A stretch of DNA of 64,000 nt from an uncultured Spirochaetota bacterium (GCA_963734545.1 CAVTHO010000004.1:128001-192000), one strand, 5' to 3'; numbered from the stretch's first letter, positions 47,507-59,216 are shown. Numbers and translations: made by a program. The notes: generated from the letters alone by a model not told the origin.

Positions 47507-50503
47507 TCAAGTTGCTGCCTCCGCAGGCTTTCTCCCACGCCGCCGGGCTCCACTTGCCGCCAGGCCGATCAGCGCGGGGACAAGAAGAACGGTTGCCGCA
47601 TAGGAGCCGGCAATACCCCAGATGATCACGAATGCAAGGGACCGCATGAACGCTGCCCCTGCTCCGGCTGCAAACAGCAGGGGCAGATGGCCCAGAACCG
47701 TGGCCCCCGAGGTTGCCGTCAGTGCAGACAGTCGGGAGAGCACTGCGTCTGCCACGGCACGGGGCCCGCGGCCCCGGCGGGAGCGATAGGCGTCCACGAT
47801 AAGGATGGAGTTGTTGACCGCCATTCCGCTCAGCACAATCAGGCCGATGAGCACCGGCACGACAAGGCGCTGCCCCGTGACGCGCATGATTATCAAGGGC
47901 AGGGTAACGGAGGCGGGCAGGACCGCCAGGATGACCAGGGGCCAGAGAAACGATTCGGTGAGAACGCCGAGCACGAGGTAGATGAGCAGAATGCAGAGCG
48001 CGAAGGTCAGCCAGAGGCTTCGAAACCGTTCCGCCTGCTCGACCAGGTCCCTGCCGACGTCAAACGCATAGCCCGAAGCAAGGGTGAAGGAACCGAGCGC
48101 GGCCTCCACGCTTCGCACGATTCCCCTGATGTCACCCGCTTCCACGTGGGCGGTGAGGTACACCGCCCTCTGCCGGTTGAGCCGGTAGAGCTTTCCCCCT
48201 TCGCGCACAACGTCGAATTGCCCCGTGAACTCGACCGGCACGGACCGTGAGTTGCCGACCGATACCGGAATGCCCCCGAGGTCTTTCGGCGACTGCTGCG
48301 CCCGCCTTGTTCCCATGACACGCAGATCGATCTCCCGATCTCCGCCCATCCACTTCAACGCAACCGGGCCGTACAGGTGCCAGCGGAGAGTGCCGGCCAC
48401 AGCCTCTGCAGTGGTCCCTGCCATCGCGGCGCGCTGCGGGTCCACCTTGAATACCCAGGAGTCTGCCGGCTCCTTGAAATTGAGAACCACCTCCCGGATC
48501 TTTTCTCCGCCGCCCAGGATCTGTGCAGCCTGCGCCGCATAGGTCTTGAGCGCCGCATCGTCATCCCCGGTGATCGCGATTTCAAGCGCCCGCTCTGTAG
48601 CGCCAGCTCCCTCCGGCAGATAGGCAAAGCCGCCGGGAATGTTGCGTCCCTCCTCCCTGATGATGCCGGACAGTTTTTCCCTGGGCAGAAGGGAGGAATT
48701 GAACCCCACCTCGACCTCCGCGCTTCCCCGTCGGGCCGTGCTCTGCACAACGGTGACTCCGGGGACCTTCCGCAGTCTTGCGATGAAGGAAGCGGTGCGT
48801 GAGTCCACGGCTTCGATGGAGGCGCCGCTTTCGCATTCGACATGAACCGGCACGCTGTCTGTCTGCGGCGGAGGCTCCAGGTCGATTCCTATGCTGGCAA
48901 CGGCCCAGATGCCGATGACGGCAAGCGCGGCACCTCCTGCAAGAGGCCAGGTAATCCGTGAGCTGCAGGCCGTCACGATCCGCTCCGCAAACGCCTGCGC
49001 CAGACCGCCCGCCTTGGCCATGGCCCTGTTCACCGGCCCGGGCGGCCGTGGTTTCGCGCGCCGGGCCGATCTCAGGGCCACAACATAAGGCGGAATGAAG
49101 AGACAGGACAGCAGGAACGAGATGGCCACGAGCATTGCCAGCGCAAAGGAGACCTTGCGGATTCCGCCGCCTCCGAAATCCAGCGTCATCAGGGGTATGA
49201 GCACAATGAGGGCTGTCACAGTGGAAGAGAGGAGGGCCGGGATGATGCGTTCGGCTTCCGCAAAGTACTTTTCCCTGCCCGCACCGGGCGTTGCCCGGCC
49301 CGCGATGATGATCCCCGTGTCGATCATGGTGCCGATGCCGATGGCGAGCCCGGACAAAACATACGTGTCCATGCTGAAGCCTGCGGCAGAGACCGCTGCA
49401 GCGCTCGCAAGGCCGATGACCGGAATCGACACGGAGATGGCGATGACCCGCCGGGCTCCGGAAATGAACAGCGGGAGGGTGACCGCGGACACCAGGACCG
49501 CAAATGCAATGGCCTCCAGGATGCTCCTGAGGGACTTCTCCAGATCTGCACCTGCGTCCAGAATGACGCCGAACTCCAGTCCCCTTCCCTCCCAGACGCC
49601 GAGCTCGGTCCTGATGGCCCGGGACAGCTCGATGAGGTTCGCGCCACCGGAGCTCTTCACGGCCAGAACGGCGTTTTCTGTACCGTTGACCCGGCTTATC
49701 TCGTCATGCTCTCGCGGTGCATAGTCCACGGCTGCAATGGAACCCAGGGCCAGGCTCGTGCCTGCCACGGGCAGCCGCAGACCCCGGAGCCCTTCGAGAT
49801 CTCCGAGGCGTCCGGAGAGCACGACAGCCAATTCGCTCCCCTCGGACCGGACAAGACCGAGCGGCGCCAGGAGCTCGTTGGATTGAATGGCCCGGGCAAC
49901 CATTGCCGCATCCAGTCCCGCGCGGGAAGCGCGCTGCTCGTCCAGAATGACATGAATCTCCCGGGGCGCCCCTCCTCCCACCTCCACTTCACCTGCCCCG
50001 TCGATCTTTTCCAGTGAAGGCTTCAGCTCCTTCTCCAGCATGGTGGCAAGGTCGGTCACGGACATGGAGGGGGACCGGGCGGATGCGATGAAGATCGGAC
50101 GGCCCTCTTCCCCGGAGGACAGAATTCGCGGGCGCTGCACGGAGCCCGGGAGCTGGCTGTACACCCGGTCCACGGAGTCCCTGAGCTGCAGGTAGGTTTC
50201 TCTTTCAGGGGTGCCGGGCTGCATGAAGACGGTGACACGCGCCGATCCGTAGTCGGAGAGGGAGCGCAGGGTCTTCAGACCGGGCAGGGAGCCCAGCGCG
50301 TCCTCCAGCGGCCGGGTGATGGTGCGCTCGATTTCCCGCGCATCCACGCCGAAGTGCTCCACGATGACCGAGTACGCTGCGCCGCCTTCTCCTCCTGAAG
50401 GACCCAGGCGGGCACCCGCCACAACGGCTCCTGACACGATCAGCACAATGAGCAGGCAGGTTGCCGAAGCCACGGGCTTGCGGTACAGGCTAGCGATCCC
50501 CAC
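47507..50503 (-). CDS. RND efflux permease subunit (AcrB/AcrD/AcrF family), divergent copy
   Basis: EIERTITRPLEDAL, LKPSLEKIDGAGEVEVGGG, ISRVNG, LIYLVLGVLTESFLWPLVIL, GMAVNNSILIVD; GTG start overlaps the upstream stop region. Confidence 0.9.
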   Translation of the reverse strand: MGIASLYRKPVASATCLLIVLIVSGAVVAGARLGPSGGEGGAAYSVIVEHFGVDAREIERTITRPLEDALGSLPGLKTLRSLSDYGSARVTVFMQPGTPERETYLQLRDSVDRVYSQLPGSVQRPRILSSGEEGRPIFIASARSPSMSVTDLATMLEKELKPSLEKIDGAGEVEVGGGAPREIHVILDEQRASRAGLDAAMVARAIQSNELLAPLGLVRSEGSELAVVLSGRLGDLEGLRGLRLPVAGTSLALGSIAAVDYAPREHDEISRVNGTENAVLAVKSSGGANLIELSRAIRTELGVWEGRGLEFGVILDAGADLEKSLRSILEAIAFAVLVSAVTLPLFISGARRVIAISVSIPVIGLASAAAVSAAGFSMDTYVLSGLAIGIGTMIDTGIIIAGRATPGAGREKYFAEAERIIPALLSSTVTALIVLIPLMTLDFGGGGIRKVSFALAMLVAISFLLSCLFIPPYVVALRSARRAKPRPPGPVNRAMAKAGGLAQAFAERIVTACSSRITWPLAGGAALAVIGIWAVASIGIDLEPPPQTDSVPVHVECESGASIEAVDSRTASFIARLRKVPGVTVVQSTARRGSAEVEVGFNSSLLPREKLSGIIREEGRNIPGGFAYLPEGAGATERALEIAITGDDDAALKTYAAQAAQILGGGEKIREVVLNFKEPADSWVFKVDPQRAAMAGTTAEAVAGTLRWHLYGPVALKWMGGDREIDLRVMGTRRAQQSPKDLGGIPVSVGNSRSVPVEFTGQFDVVREGGKLYRLNRQRAVYLTAHVEAGDIRGIVRSVEAALGSFTLASGYAFDVGRDLVEQAERFRSLWLTFALCILLIYLVLGVLTESFLWPLVILAVLPASVTLPLIIMRVTGQRLVVPVLIGLIVLSGMAVNNSILIVDAYRSRRGRGPRAVADAVLSRLSALTATSGATVLGHLPLLFAAGAGAAFMRSLAFVIIWGIAGSYAATVLLVPALIGLAASGARRRGRKPAEAAT

Positions 50504-53500
50504 GGCGCCCCCTCCCGCGGAGATAGATGATGAACAGACGAGGCAGGACGAAAAGAGTGAGAATGGTGGATACGAACAGGCCGCCGATGATGGCCACGGC
50601 CATGCCGCTCTCTGCCGAGGTGTGCGACAGGTCGATTGCAATAGGCAGCAGGGAAAGCACGGTGATGAGCATGGTGATGAGGATGGGGCGCATCCTGTCT
50701 GAGGTGCCCTGGTAGACGGCAGCCACCATCGGGACTCCCGACTTTCTCCGGGCCGAGTAGGTTTCATAGAGGATGATGGAGTTGTTCACCGCGATGCCGA
50801 AAAGCACGATGATCCCCAGCGCGGAGTCGAAGCTGATCGGCTTGCCCGAAACGGCCAGCGCAAGGCTGATTCCTGAAAAGGACAGGGGAAGCGCGGTCAG
50901 GAGAAGGGCCGGAAGGAGGAATGACTCGAATTGCGCGCCCAGGACGAGGTACAGCAGGACGATGACCAGGGCAAAAGCGGCTAGCAGGGCGCTGATGTTC
51001 TCCGCAAGCACGGAACCCTCGACTGATCTCACCCACTCGAAACGCCTCTCGAGCCTGCCTATTTCTGCCGTCACGCCGTGGTCCAGCCCGGCCGCGGGCT
51101 CGACGGCCACAATGACCGCATCTGCCCTGTCCCGCCTGTAGAGTGCGGGCACGGAAGGCTCTGAGCGCATGCGGACCAGCTCGGACAGGCGCGCCTCGGA
51201 ACCGCCGGGCGTGCTCACGACGATTGCCGGGAGGTCCTCAGGTCGGGATGCCTGGCGGCGGTCCACGCGGACGCGCACGTCCAGGTCTCTTCCCTCGATG
51301 CTCATCCGTGACGGATAGCTTCCCGTGATCGCGTTTCGGACCGTCTCCGCAAGGTCCGCCAGGGAGAGACCCGCAACTGTCACGGCATCCCGATTCGGTA
51401 TGAGCCGCACTTCGGACCGCTCCCCCTCGGGCTGCAGATTGACCCGGGCAGACAGGTCCCCCGATGGACCGCCCGGCTTGAACCTGGCCGATATGGTGCG
51501 CGCCCTGGCCTGCGCCTCGGCTTGCGTGGACCCTTTCACGACCATGGCCCTGCCGCCCCTTCCCAATCCGAGAAGGGGTGTGATGATGGAACCGGGAAGG
51601 CTGACCTCCACGACCGCGGACTCGATGTGAAGAGAAGAGCGTATGGCGGACGCCACGGCTGCGGTGGACTGCATGCGTCCCCTGGCCAGGAGGACGCGCA
51701 CGTGGATGATCTCCCTGCGTTCTTCGGGGTCCGCGTAGTACTGGGCGTCCTCCGGCTCACCTCCTGCCCGTGCGTACACTCCCTGCACGCCGGGGACCGC
51801 GGCACACGCGCGCGCCGCATCCGTGGACACGGAGGCGGTGCGTTCCAGCTCCGCTCCATAGGGCATGGTGATGGTCACATCGATCTCGCCTGTGTCCTGG
51901 GCCGGCATGAAGTCGAATCCGAGCAGGGGCACGCAGAGCACGCCGAGAGCGGTCAGCAGGGCAACGGCGGTCACGATGGTCCAGGGTTTTCGCAGTGTCG
52001 ACATGAGGGACCGGCGGAACAGGTGATCCGACCATGCGCGAGCCCGCGGGGCCTTTCTTCGGGCAGCGCGCCGCTCCAGTAAAAGGAAGAGCACGGGCAT
52101 CAGGGTGATGGAGGTGAGGAAGGAGGCGATCTGCGCAAAGATCACGGACAGGGAAAGGTCGGTAAACAGCGGACCCAGCAAGCCCGGAAGAAAGATGATG
52201 GGCAGGAATACAACGGTCAAAGTCAGCGTGGAGCCCAGGCGTGAAGTGGCGAGCTCCAGCGTGTGACGCAGGACGCTGTCCGCGGTTGCCTTGCCGATGA
52301 CGTGCCGCTTCTGGAGATTTTCCAGGATGACAACGTTGTTGTCCACGATCATTCCGATAGCAAGGGCAAGACCGCCCAGGGACATGATGTTGACTGTCCT
52401 GCCGAACACCTGGAGGGCAAGAAGCGTCACGGTTATTGCGATGGGCAGGGACAGCATGAGCAGTGCCGAGGTCCGGAAGTCTCGAATGAACACGATCAGG
52501 ACAATGAACGCGATCAGGGAACCTGCGAGCGTGGACAGGGCCAGGTTGCGAAGAGAGGCGGCAATGAAGAGCGAGCCGTCCGAGACGATCAGGATGTCGA
52601 GGTCCTTCCCGTAGGAGGCGGCAAGCCGGGCAACCTCCTCCTTCAACCCGGCAGAAACCCTGATCGGGCTGGCGCCTTTTCTTTTCATGACGCTCAGCCC
52701 GACTGCCTCCGCGCCGTTGACCTGGAAGAACGAGAGCCTTTCCCGCTTGTCCAGGGAGATGGAGGCGATGTCGGAGAGCCGAAGTGCCGAACGTCCACCC
52801 ACGAACCGGAACTCACCAAGGGCGGCTGGGTCTGCGACCGTTCCTGAGGCTTTGACCAGGTATTCCAGGCCTCCTGCCGTGACCGTGCCCGTGGGGTAGT
52901 CATAGTTGTTCTTTGCCACCAGGGATGCCACGTCGTTCAGCGTCAGCCCTTTGGAGGCCATCTGGGACTGGTCCACGGAGACGACCACCTCCTCCACCGC
53001 CCCTCCTGCCAGCACCACGGAACCGACACCTTCCACCTGCTGCAGGCGTGTCTTGATCTCGCGCTCACCCAACCTGCGGGCAAATGCCAGGTCTCCTGAG
53101 CGCGGCCGGACCGCCACGATCGCAATGGGGCGCTCCCCTGCCTCGGCAGGGAGCACCTGGGGTTTGCCCGCATCCGACGGCAGGGAGGTATAGGCCACGT
53201 CGATGCCCTCACGCGTCCTCACCGAGGCGGATACCATGTCTTCTCCCCAGGAGAACTCCAACGTGATGATGGACAGGCTGTCACGCGACACGGAAGACAC
53301 GCGCTTCACGCCCTTGACTGATGCGAGCTGGTCCTCCAGTGGAATCGTGATGAGCGAGCGCACCTCTGAGGCAGGCAGACCGGGATAGCTTGTGGACACG
53401 GTGAGCTTGGGAATGGTGAGCTCGGGCAGGAGCTCCAGCCGCAGGTTCAGAGAGGCTGCCACGCCGAGAATCATGACGCCGGCAAATATCATGAGGGTTG

Positions 53501-53540
53501 CCGTGGGGCGCTTGAGGGCGGCTGCAATCAGTCCACGCAC
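50490..53540 (-). CDS. RND efflux permease subunit (AcrB/AcrD/AcrF family)
   Basis: YPGLPASEVRSLITIPLED, NIMSLGGLALAIGMIVDNNVVILEN, LGAQFESFLLP, GIAVNNSIIL, RMRPILIT, IIGGLFVSTILTLFVLP. Confidence 0.95.
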   Translation of the reverse strand: MRGLIAAALKRPTATLMIFAGVMILGVAASLNLRLELLPELTIPKLTVSTSYPGLPASEVRSLITIPLEDQLASVKGVKRVSSVSRDSLSIITLEFSWGEDMVSASVRTREGIDVAYTSLPSDAGKPQVLPAEAGERPIAIVAVRPRSGDLAFARRLGEREIKTRLQQVEGVGSVVLAGGAVEEVVVSVDQSQMASKGLTLNDVASLVAKNNYDYPTGTVTAGGLEYLVKASGTVADPAALGEFRFVGGRSALRLSDIASISLDKRERLSFFQVNGAEAVGLSVMKRKGASPIRVSAGLKEEVARLAASYGKDLDILIVSDGSLFIAASLRNLALSTLAGSLIAFIVLIVFIRDFRTSALLMLSLPIAITVTLLALQVFGRTVNIMSLGGLALAIGMIVDNNVVILENLQKRHVIGKATADSVLRHTLELATSRLGSTLTLTVVFLPIIFLPGLLGPLFTDLSLSVIFAQIASFLTSITLMPVLFLLLERRAARRKAPRARAWSDHLFRRSLMSTLRKPWTIVTAVALLTALGVLCVPLLGFDFMPAQDTGEIDVTITMPYGAELERTASVSTDAARACAAVPGVQGVYARAGGEPEDAQYYADPEERREIIHVRVLLARGRMQSTAAVASAIRSSLHIESAVVEVSLPGSIITPLLGLGRGGRAMVVKGSTQAEAQARARTISARFKPGGPSGDLSARVNLQPEGERSEVRLIPNRDAVTVAGLSLADLAETVRNAITGSYPSRMSIEGRDLDVRVRVDRRQASRPEDLPAIVVSTPGGSEARLSELVRMRSEPSVPALYRRDRADAVIVAVEPAAGLDHGVTAEIGRLERRFEWVRSVEGSVLAENISALLAAFALVIVLLYLVLGAQFESFLLPALLLTALPLSFSGISLALAVSGKPISFDSALGIIVLFGIAVNNSIILYETYSARRKSGVPMVAAVYQGTSDRMRPILITMLITVLSLLPIAIDLSHTSAESGMAVAIIGGLFVSTILTLFVLPRLFIIYLRGRGRRGDR

Positions 53541-53546
53541 GCGAGC

Positions 53547-55055
53547 CTACTTCAACAGGGGCAGGCTGAATGCTGCCGCTGCTTTGTTGCCGGCAGTGTC
53601 GGTGAGACTGTCCGACACGGCGATGGTGACAATACCGGAGTTGGTGGTGTTGGTGATGTTGACCGAGACCCTGACCGGGGTGAGTCCCGCGATGGCCACC
53701 GGCTGAGGATCAGCAAAAGAGGTCGTGGCCACTGCCACGGGTGTGATAAGCGCCGCGCCATTGGTCGCCGTCACGCTGAAGGAATGCATGATGGAAAAAG
53801 GATCAATGGCTGCCCCATTTGCCAGGCTCAGGTAGACGTCCAAGTAGGACATGTCGTCCCCAGTCGGCCCGAAGGCGGAGAGATTCAGGTTTCCGAATGC
53901 GTCCACGGCAGTGTACTGGCTATAGTCGCCAGGCGCGGGGCGGTCGGTGCGGAACCGAACCACCTCCACGCGGGGAGGTTTCGTAGTCGGCCCATCAGTC
54001 TGGATATTGTAAACAACATCTGAGGCGCTCGCGTTCCCGCTCGTGTCGAGGACCCCGCGCTTGATTGTCAGATTGTACATCGTTCCCCAGACGAAGCGCT
54101 CTTCAGGCACAAGGAAGAAATGGTCGCGCGGCGTGCCATCCGGATCTACCTGGAAGCTCCAGGCGGGCTGGAGCGTGATGAATGACTCCATGTTCTCGCG
54201 AGAGACCGGCTCCGAAAACTGGAGCTCGATCCCCCACGTGGCCTCGAACCCTGTGTTCTCCTGCAGGCCCGCAACGCCGGGGTCGTCAAAGGTCAGCCCT
54301 GTCCCCTGGGGCACGCCGTCCACTGTTGGACGAACCGCCATTAGCGTGGGCCGTACGTCTTCAGCACCGGCGGTGAAACGCCATCGAACAGTTTCGGGAA
54401 GCCTGTTGCCCGAAAGGTCCTTCACCGTGTCCGTGAGGACAACGCTGTACTCAGCGCCGGGTGTCCACGGGGAAAGCGGCGTGAAGCTGGCCGTGGCCCC
54501 GGTCACGTCAAAGGTGACTGTTCCCCCCGGGTCAGGGGACACGGAAAAGGCCGCAATGAATGAAGTCCGGTCAACGGGCTCTGAGAAGCGCACCACGATC
54601 GGCAGCAGGGGATCCGCCACCCTGCTTCCGTCAGCGGGCTGAGTGGGTTGGAGAACCGTCGGCCTGCCCGCCTCGGTCTTTGTTGTGAACGCAAACCGGA
54701 AATCCTTGGCAAGAGAGTTGCCGTCTCTGGTCTCCACGGTGGAAACAACCGCAATCTCGTAGTCATTCCCAGGGGAAACGGGACGAACGGGCATGAAGAC
54801 GAGTCGGCTGCCTTGCCATGCATAGCTGCCGGTCATGGGTGCTCCGTTTTCCGAAAGTGAGAACGCCTGCTCGGCTTTCACAGGGTCGGCAGCGGAGGAA
54901 AACTCCACCCATACGCTGCTCACCGCTGAAGCGGCAATCCGTGCATCGTGGGGATGCCAGTCCGTGATCTCCAGCGGCTGCATGCCCAGGATCAGCGAAC
55001 AGGAGCAGACGCACAGAGCAGCGGCCAGCACAGCGGAAGTCAGCCGGCCGGTCAT
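53547..55055 (-). CDS. Lipoprotein with Ig-like (Big_5/SbsA-type) domains
   Basis: Lipobox LCVCS-C; repeated P.DG..V..FSEPV..F.P..Y.V..VKDLSGN pattern; ATGA overlap with the upstream stop. Confidence 0.85.
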   Translation of the reverse strand: MTGRLTSAVLAAALCVCSCSLILGMQPLEITDWHPHDARIAASAVSSVWVEFSSAADPVKAEQAFSLSENGAPMTGSYAWQGSRLVFMPVRPVSPGNDYEIAVVSTVETRDGNSLAKDFRFAFTTKTEAGRPTVLQPTQPADGSRVADPLLPIVVRFSEPVDRTSFIAAFSVSPDPGGTVTFDVTGATASFTPLSPWTPGAEYSVVLTDTVKDLSGNRLPETVRWRFTAGAEDVRPTLMAVRPTVDGVPQGTGLTFDDPGVAGLQENTGFEATWGIELQFSEPVSRENMESFITLQPAWSFQVDPDGTPRDHFFLVPEERFVWGTMYNLTIKRGVLDTSGNASASDVVYNIQTDGPTTKPPRVEVVRFRTDRPAPGDYSQYTAVDAFGNLNLSAFGPTGDDMSYLDVYLSLANGAAIDPFSIMHSFSVTATNGAALITPVAVATTSFADPQPVAIAGLTPVRVSVNITNTTNSGIVTIAVSDSLTDTAGNKAAAAFSLPLLK

Positions 55056-56477
55056 GGGCTTGCGTAGAAGTACAGCCATACATCTTCCTTCAGGAACGAG
55101 CCTGATCCATTGTCCGAGGCGGCCGCGCCGCCCGGGAGTGTAAGCTTGTAGTACCTCCCGATGTCCGGTGTGCTCTTCGCGAGCCCACCGTAGATGAGGG
55201 ACACCATCTGCCCTTCAGGGGTCCACAGGACTGAAACCAGGGAAGGGTCGGACAATGATGAAGGAAAGAACCCGTCCAGCAGGATTGCCGCGACAAGGTT
55301 TGCGCGGCTCTCCGCGGGGAAGAGCTCGGCGAACTCGATCACGAGCTTCAGCGTTCCCGTCACGTCGATCGAAACAGGTTTTGCATCAGGCGTGTTGAAA
55401 ACAGTCCACGTATCTTCCGTTGCCGCATACACGGCCTTGATGGACTGGACCGTCTGCAGGGGGATGTCGGGCGTAAAGCTCCGCTCGTACGCAAGGCCCA
55501 TCTTGTTGCCGGATAGGTCCGCTGCCGTCTCCGCAATTCGAAGGGTGTAACGCTGATCCATAATGAAGCGCGCCTCGGGAATCAGTGCATAGACCCCTGG
55601 GCTGACCCGCAGCAGGGTACCCTTTATCGTGGGTGTCGATGTGAGCGCGGAAGACAGCGAATCCATTCGAATGTCCTCAGAGAAGGTGAAGAGAAGAAGG
55701 TCATCGGCGCCTGTATGATCAAGGTCGTTCCCCGTCGGGCCGAGAGTGGTGCGGATGCCGGGCGCAATCGAGATCATCGTCGGCGCGGTGGAGTCTTCCT
55801 GGACCCTGTACCTTCCTCCGTACTCGATCCCCATCGGAGTGCCATCCGGCGCGGCCATGTCCTTGCCGACTTTCCAGGTATACGCGGCAAGGTTTGTCCA
55901 CGCGTCGCTGGGCACAATCGTGACCACCCGGCCGGTGACGTCCCACGTGACGATGGTCTCCGTGGAGGGCTGAAGGTCGAACTCCCGGGCAAAGCTGTTC
56001 GCGTCAATAGGCGCTGAAAAGGTCAGGACCAGCGGCCGGTCGATGGCCGCGGTTCCGCCGTCTGATGGATCCGAAGAGAGCAGCGAAGGCCCCGGGCCTG
56101 GATGCCCCACGTAGAACGGGACCTCTTCGTCCGCGTCGAACGCCCTTCCGTTGGCAAGCGTGACCCGGCCGCGGTAGGCAAGCACGTAGCGCACGCCCGG
56201 CCGAAGGCCGGGAACCGGGCTCAAAGTACAGGCGGTTGCCGTCCCATCGGAAATCGCCTGAAACCTGCCCGTCCGGAGAGGACAGTGTGAGGAGGCGCTG
56301 GACGGACGGTCGGTCGGGTGAATCGGGAAACTCCACCCATGGCGACGCGGCAGCGGTGAGAATGGCATCCCGCTCGCTCGGCCAGACGGTCACGGCGAGC
56401 TTCTCAAAGGAGATGATTGCGCAGCCGCACAGCAGGAGCGCCAGGCCCGCCGCGATGCTAGTTCGATATCTCCACAT
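55052..56477 (-). CDS. Lipoprotein with Ig-like (Big_5/SbsA-type) domains (frameshift ~56215)
   Basis: Lipobox LLLCG-C in ORF 56004-56477 continuing into 55052-56368: SDPSDGG..LTFSAPID, FTFSEDI..AADLSGN. Confidence 0.8.
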
Positions 56478-57805
56478 TCATTCCCTCCCGAAGGGTTGGA
56501 GGAGGCGATTCGATGAGGAGGTCCCCCTTTGCGAGCCCCTTCTCAACGGAGAACGATCCGCCCACGTCCCTTCCGAGCGTCACCTGCTTGATAAATGCCT
56601 TGCCATTGACCACGCTGAAGACCTGGGCCGTGGCGCCCTTTTTCTGGAAGATGCACTTCTCAGGAACCACGAGCGACAATTTCGGCTTCTCATAGGCGAT
56701 CGTGGCCCGGACAAACATGCCGGGACGCAGCTTCCCTGCAGGGTTGGAGAGGGATGCCTTGACCAGGAATGCCCCGGTCTGAGGGTCCGCGGTCGGTGAG
56801 ATGGAGTCCACCCTGCCCGCGAGCGGTTGAGAGGAAAGGGACTCCACGGACAGGGCGGCCGGCATTCCCTCCCTCAGCAGAGGCATCTCCGACTCCTGGA
56901 TAGAGAGCGCGGCATAGACATTCTTGGTGTCCATGAGCGTGAGCAGCTTGCCGTTCTGCGCAACGTACTCGCCCTGCTCCACGTACTTGGCCCCGACAAT
57001 CCCCGGCGCCGGTGCGTCGATTGCAAGCGCCTTGAGAAGCTCCTCCGAGGCCTCCAGCTCGCGGCGCGCGGACTCGTAGCGTGCCCGGGCCGCCTCCACC
57101 TCGGCATGAAGGGTCTTTGTATTGAGCCGCACGAGCTGACGGGTCCGGGCCGCGGCATCCGCGGCAGGAACAAGTCCGTCCCGCTGGAGATCCTCATCCC
57201 GCAATCCTATGCGGCGCGAGATCAGGTCTTTCTCTATCATCGCGTATTCATTTCGGGCCGCCAGGAGCCTCAGGCGGACGGCCGCCAGCGCCTCTGCCGT
57301 GACGCCGCCGACCTTGGAGAGCTCCTCCTTGTTGGCAACGGTCTGGGCCGCGTCCTCGACCTCAAGGCGCTTCTGCTCCCGCTCGAGCTCCGTCCTCTGC
57401 ACCGCCACCAGGCGCGCCTCCACGGCGAGCTCGCCTTCCCATAGCTTGGCCTGCGCCAGATCAAGGGAGGAGCGCGCCGAATCGATGCCGCTCAGCGCCT
57501 GCTGGCGGCGGAGCTCGAGCTGGACGTTTTTCAGGGTCAGGAGATTCTGACCCTCCCGTACGGACTGGCCTTCCTTGACGAAAAGCCGCGCAACCGTGCC
57601 GTCCACCGTGGCGGAGAGATCGATCTTCCTCAGGAAGGTGATGGTCCCGAAGCAGGAGATCTCCCGGGGAACGGACTCCTCTTTGACGACCACGGTAGTA
57701 ACTGGCACACGCTCTTCCAGCGGCTCCGCAGGTTTCTGTCTGGCGCAGGAGGCCAGCTCCCACACCACGACCAGCACGAGGGCTGCCCGGGCAACACTGC
57801 TTCAT
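56458..57805 (-). CDS. RND periplasmic adaptor (membrane fusion protein), lipoprotein (frameshift just after the start)
   Basis: DGTVARLFVKEGQSVREGQ lipoyl half, long coiled hairpin, IDAPAPGIV, LRPGMFVRA, VTLG; removing one base gives MKRVARAALVLVVVWELAS-C. Confidence 0.9.
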
Positions 57806-59206
57806 TTCAAGGCGCCCCTTTCTTGTTCAATAATCAGACGCAGGCCTCCCGGACGGCACGCCGAGGAGCGTCTCCCAGTCCCGCTCGTTGTCCCGCAGGC
57901 GCAGGAGGGACTCGTTCAGCGCGATCTCGGCATTCGCCGTCTCGATGGCGCCCTGGAGATAGTCGATCCGCTTGACCTCGCCGAGATCCATCTGCCTCTG
58001 GAGAATGGTCTCCTTGCGGCGCTGCACGTCCAGTTTCCTGCGCGCAAGCTCTATTGCCCGTCCGGCCTGAGAGTAGGCTGCCATCATACGCTTGACCTGG
58101 AACCGCAGGTCCTGGACGATCTGCTCTTTCTTCCGGGCCTCCGCGTCCAGGGCAAGGCCGGCCGTCTTTCTGTCCACCCACGCGGTGATGCTCTCCAGGG
58201 GAGACGTCTTCACGGACATGCTGCCGCCCCTGTCTTTGCCGGGAGTGGTCGAAGCCCCTGCCGAATAAGTGGTGGGTGACTCAGGCACTGGAAAGGAGAA
58301 TGTAAGCTTCCCTGAGTACTGGGGATTGCTGAGGGGAAAGGCCTCACCGGTGAACGCGGCGGTCAACTCAAGGTCCACGTCCGGAATGAATGGGAACGAG
58401 GCAATACGCACTTGCAGGGAAGCTTTCTGCACGGCCACGTTCTGACGCTTGAGGTCGGGGCTGTAGCTTGCCGCCATCGAATACAGGAGCCCTTCCAGAC
58501 CGGAGAGATCGGCCGCCGTGTATTCCTGATCCACGCCTCCCGACAGCTCGAGGCCATCGCCAGGATCGAGGGAGAGGAGCTTCTTCATCTGGTAGCGGGA
58601 ATCCTCCAGGGACGTTTCTGTCTCCGAAAGCGTGATCTCCAGGGAGAGCAGCTCGAGCTCCGCCTGGGCATGGTCCAGCTCGAGAGCGCCGCCCAGCCGG
58701 ACCTGGGTCTGGAGAATCTCGATGTTCTGGTGGGCAAGGGCGATGGTCCGACGGAGTATCTCTCTCTTCTGTTCCGCCACGAGTATCCCGGCAAACAGCC
58801 GCCTGAGGTCGTATTCCAGGGCGCGGTACTTCTGCTCCAGGTCCTCCCTGTCCATGTTAAGATTCAAGCGGGCAACGCTCCGCTCGAATGGCTTGGTGCC
58901 CCCGCGGAGCAGCGGTTGCGTGGCGCTCACTGAAATGGTCTTGCCGCGCGTATCCGGCGCTCCCGTGGTGATTGTCGTGTTCTCGTCATAGCCGATCGAA
59001 AGACGGGGGAAGTACTCGCGGATTCCCAGGGTGAAGGTGAGCTCCTGGGCGGAAAGCAGCGCGCTCTGGTACGCCAGATCCCGCGACGACGCGATTGCCC
59101 TTTCCACCGCCTGGTCCTCCGTGTAGGGCTCTGCGCAGAGAGGTTGACCGAGGGTCGTCAAAATCCAGGCGGCGGTGATAAGCGCGAGCGAGGGGCGGGA
59201 GCCCAC
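57802..59206 (-). CDS. TolC family outer membrane channel protein
   Basis: Signal peptide, EDQAVERAIASSRDL, FPRLSIG, SATQPLLRG, GALELDHAQAELE, GEVKRIDYLQ. As written it stops at 57827; a one-base correction gives an ATGA overlap at 57802. Confidence 0.88.
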
Positions 59207-59216
59207 TGAGGTGCGG

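Noticed and set aside
47437-47510. Independent promoter for the giant gene
   Set aside because: The gap is AT-rich and has a TATACT on the minus strand, but no well-spaced -35 element, so it could not be supported.
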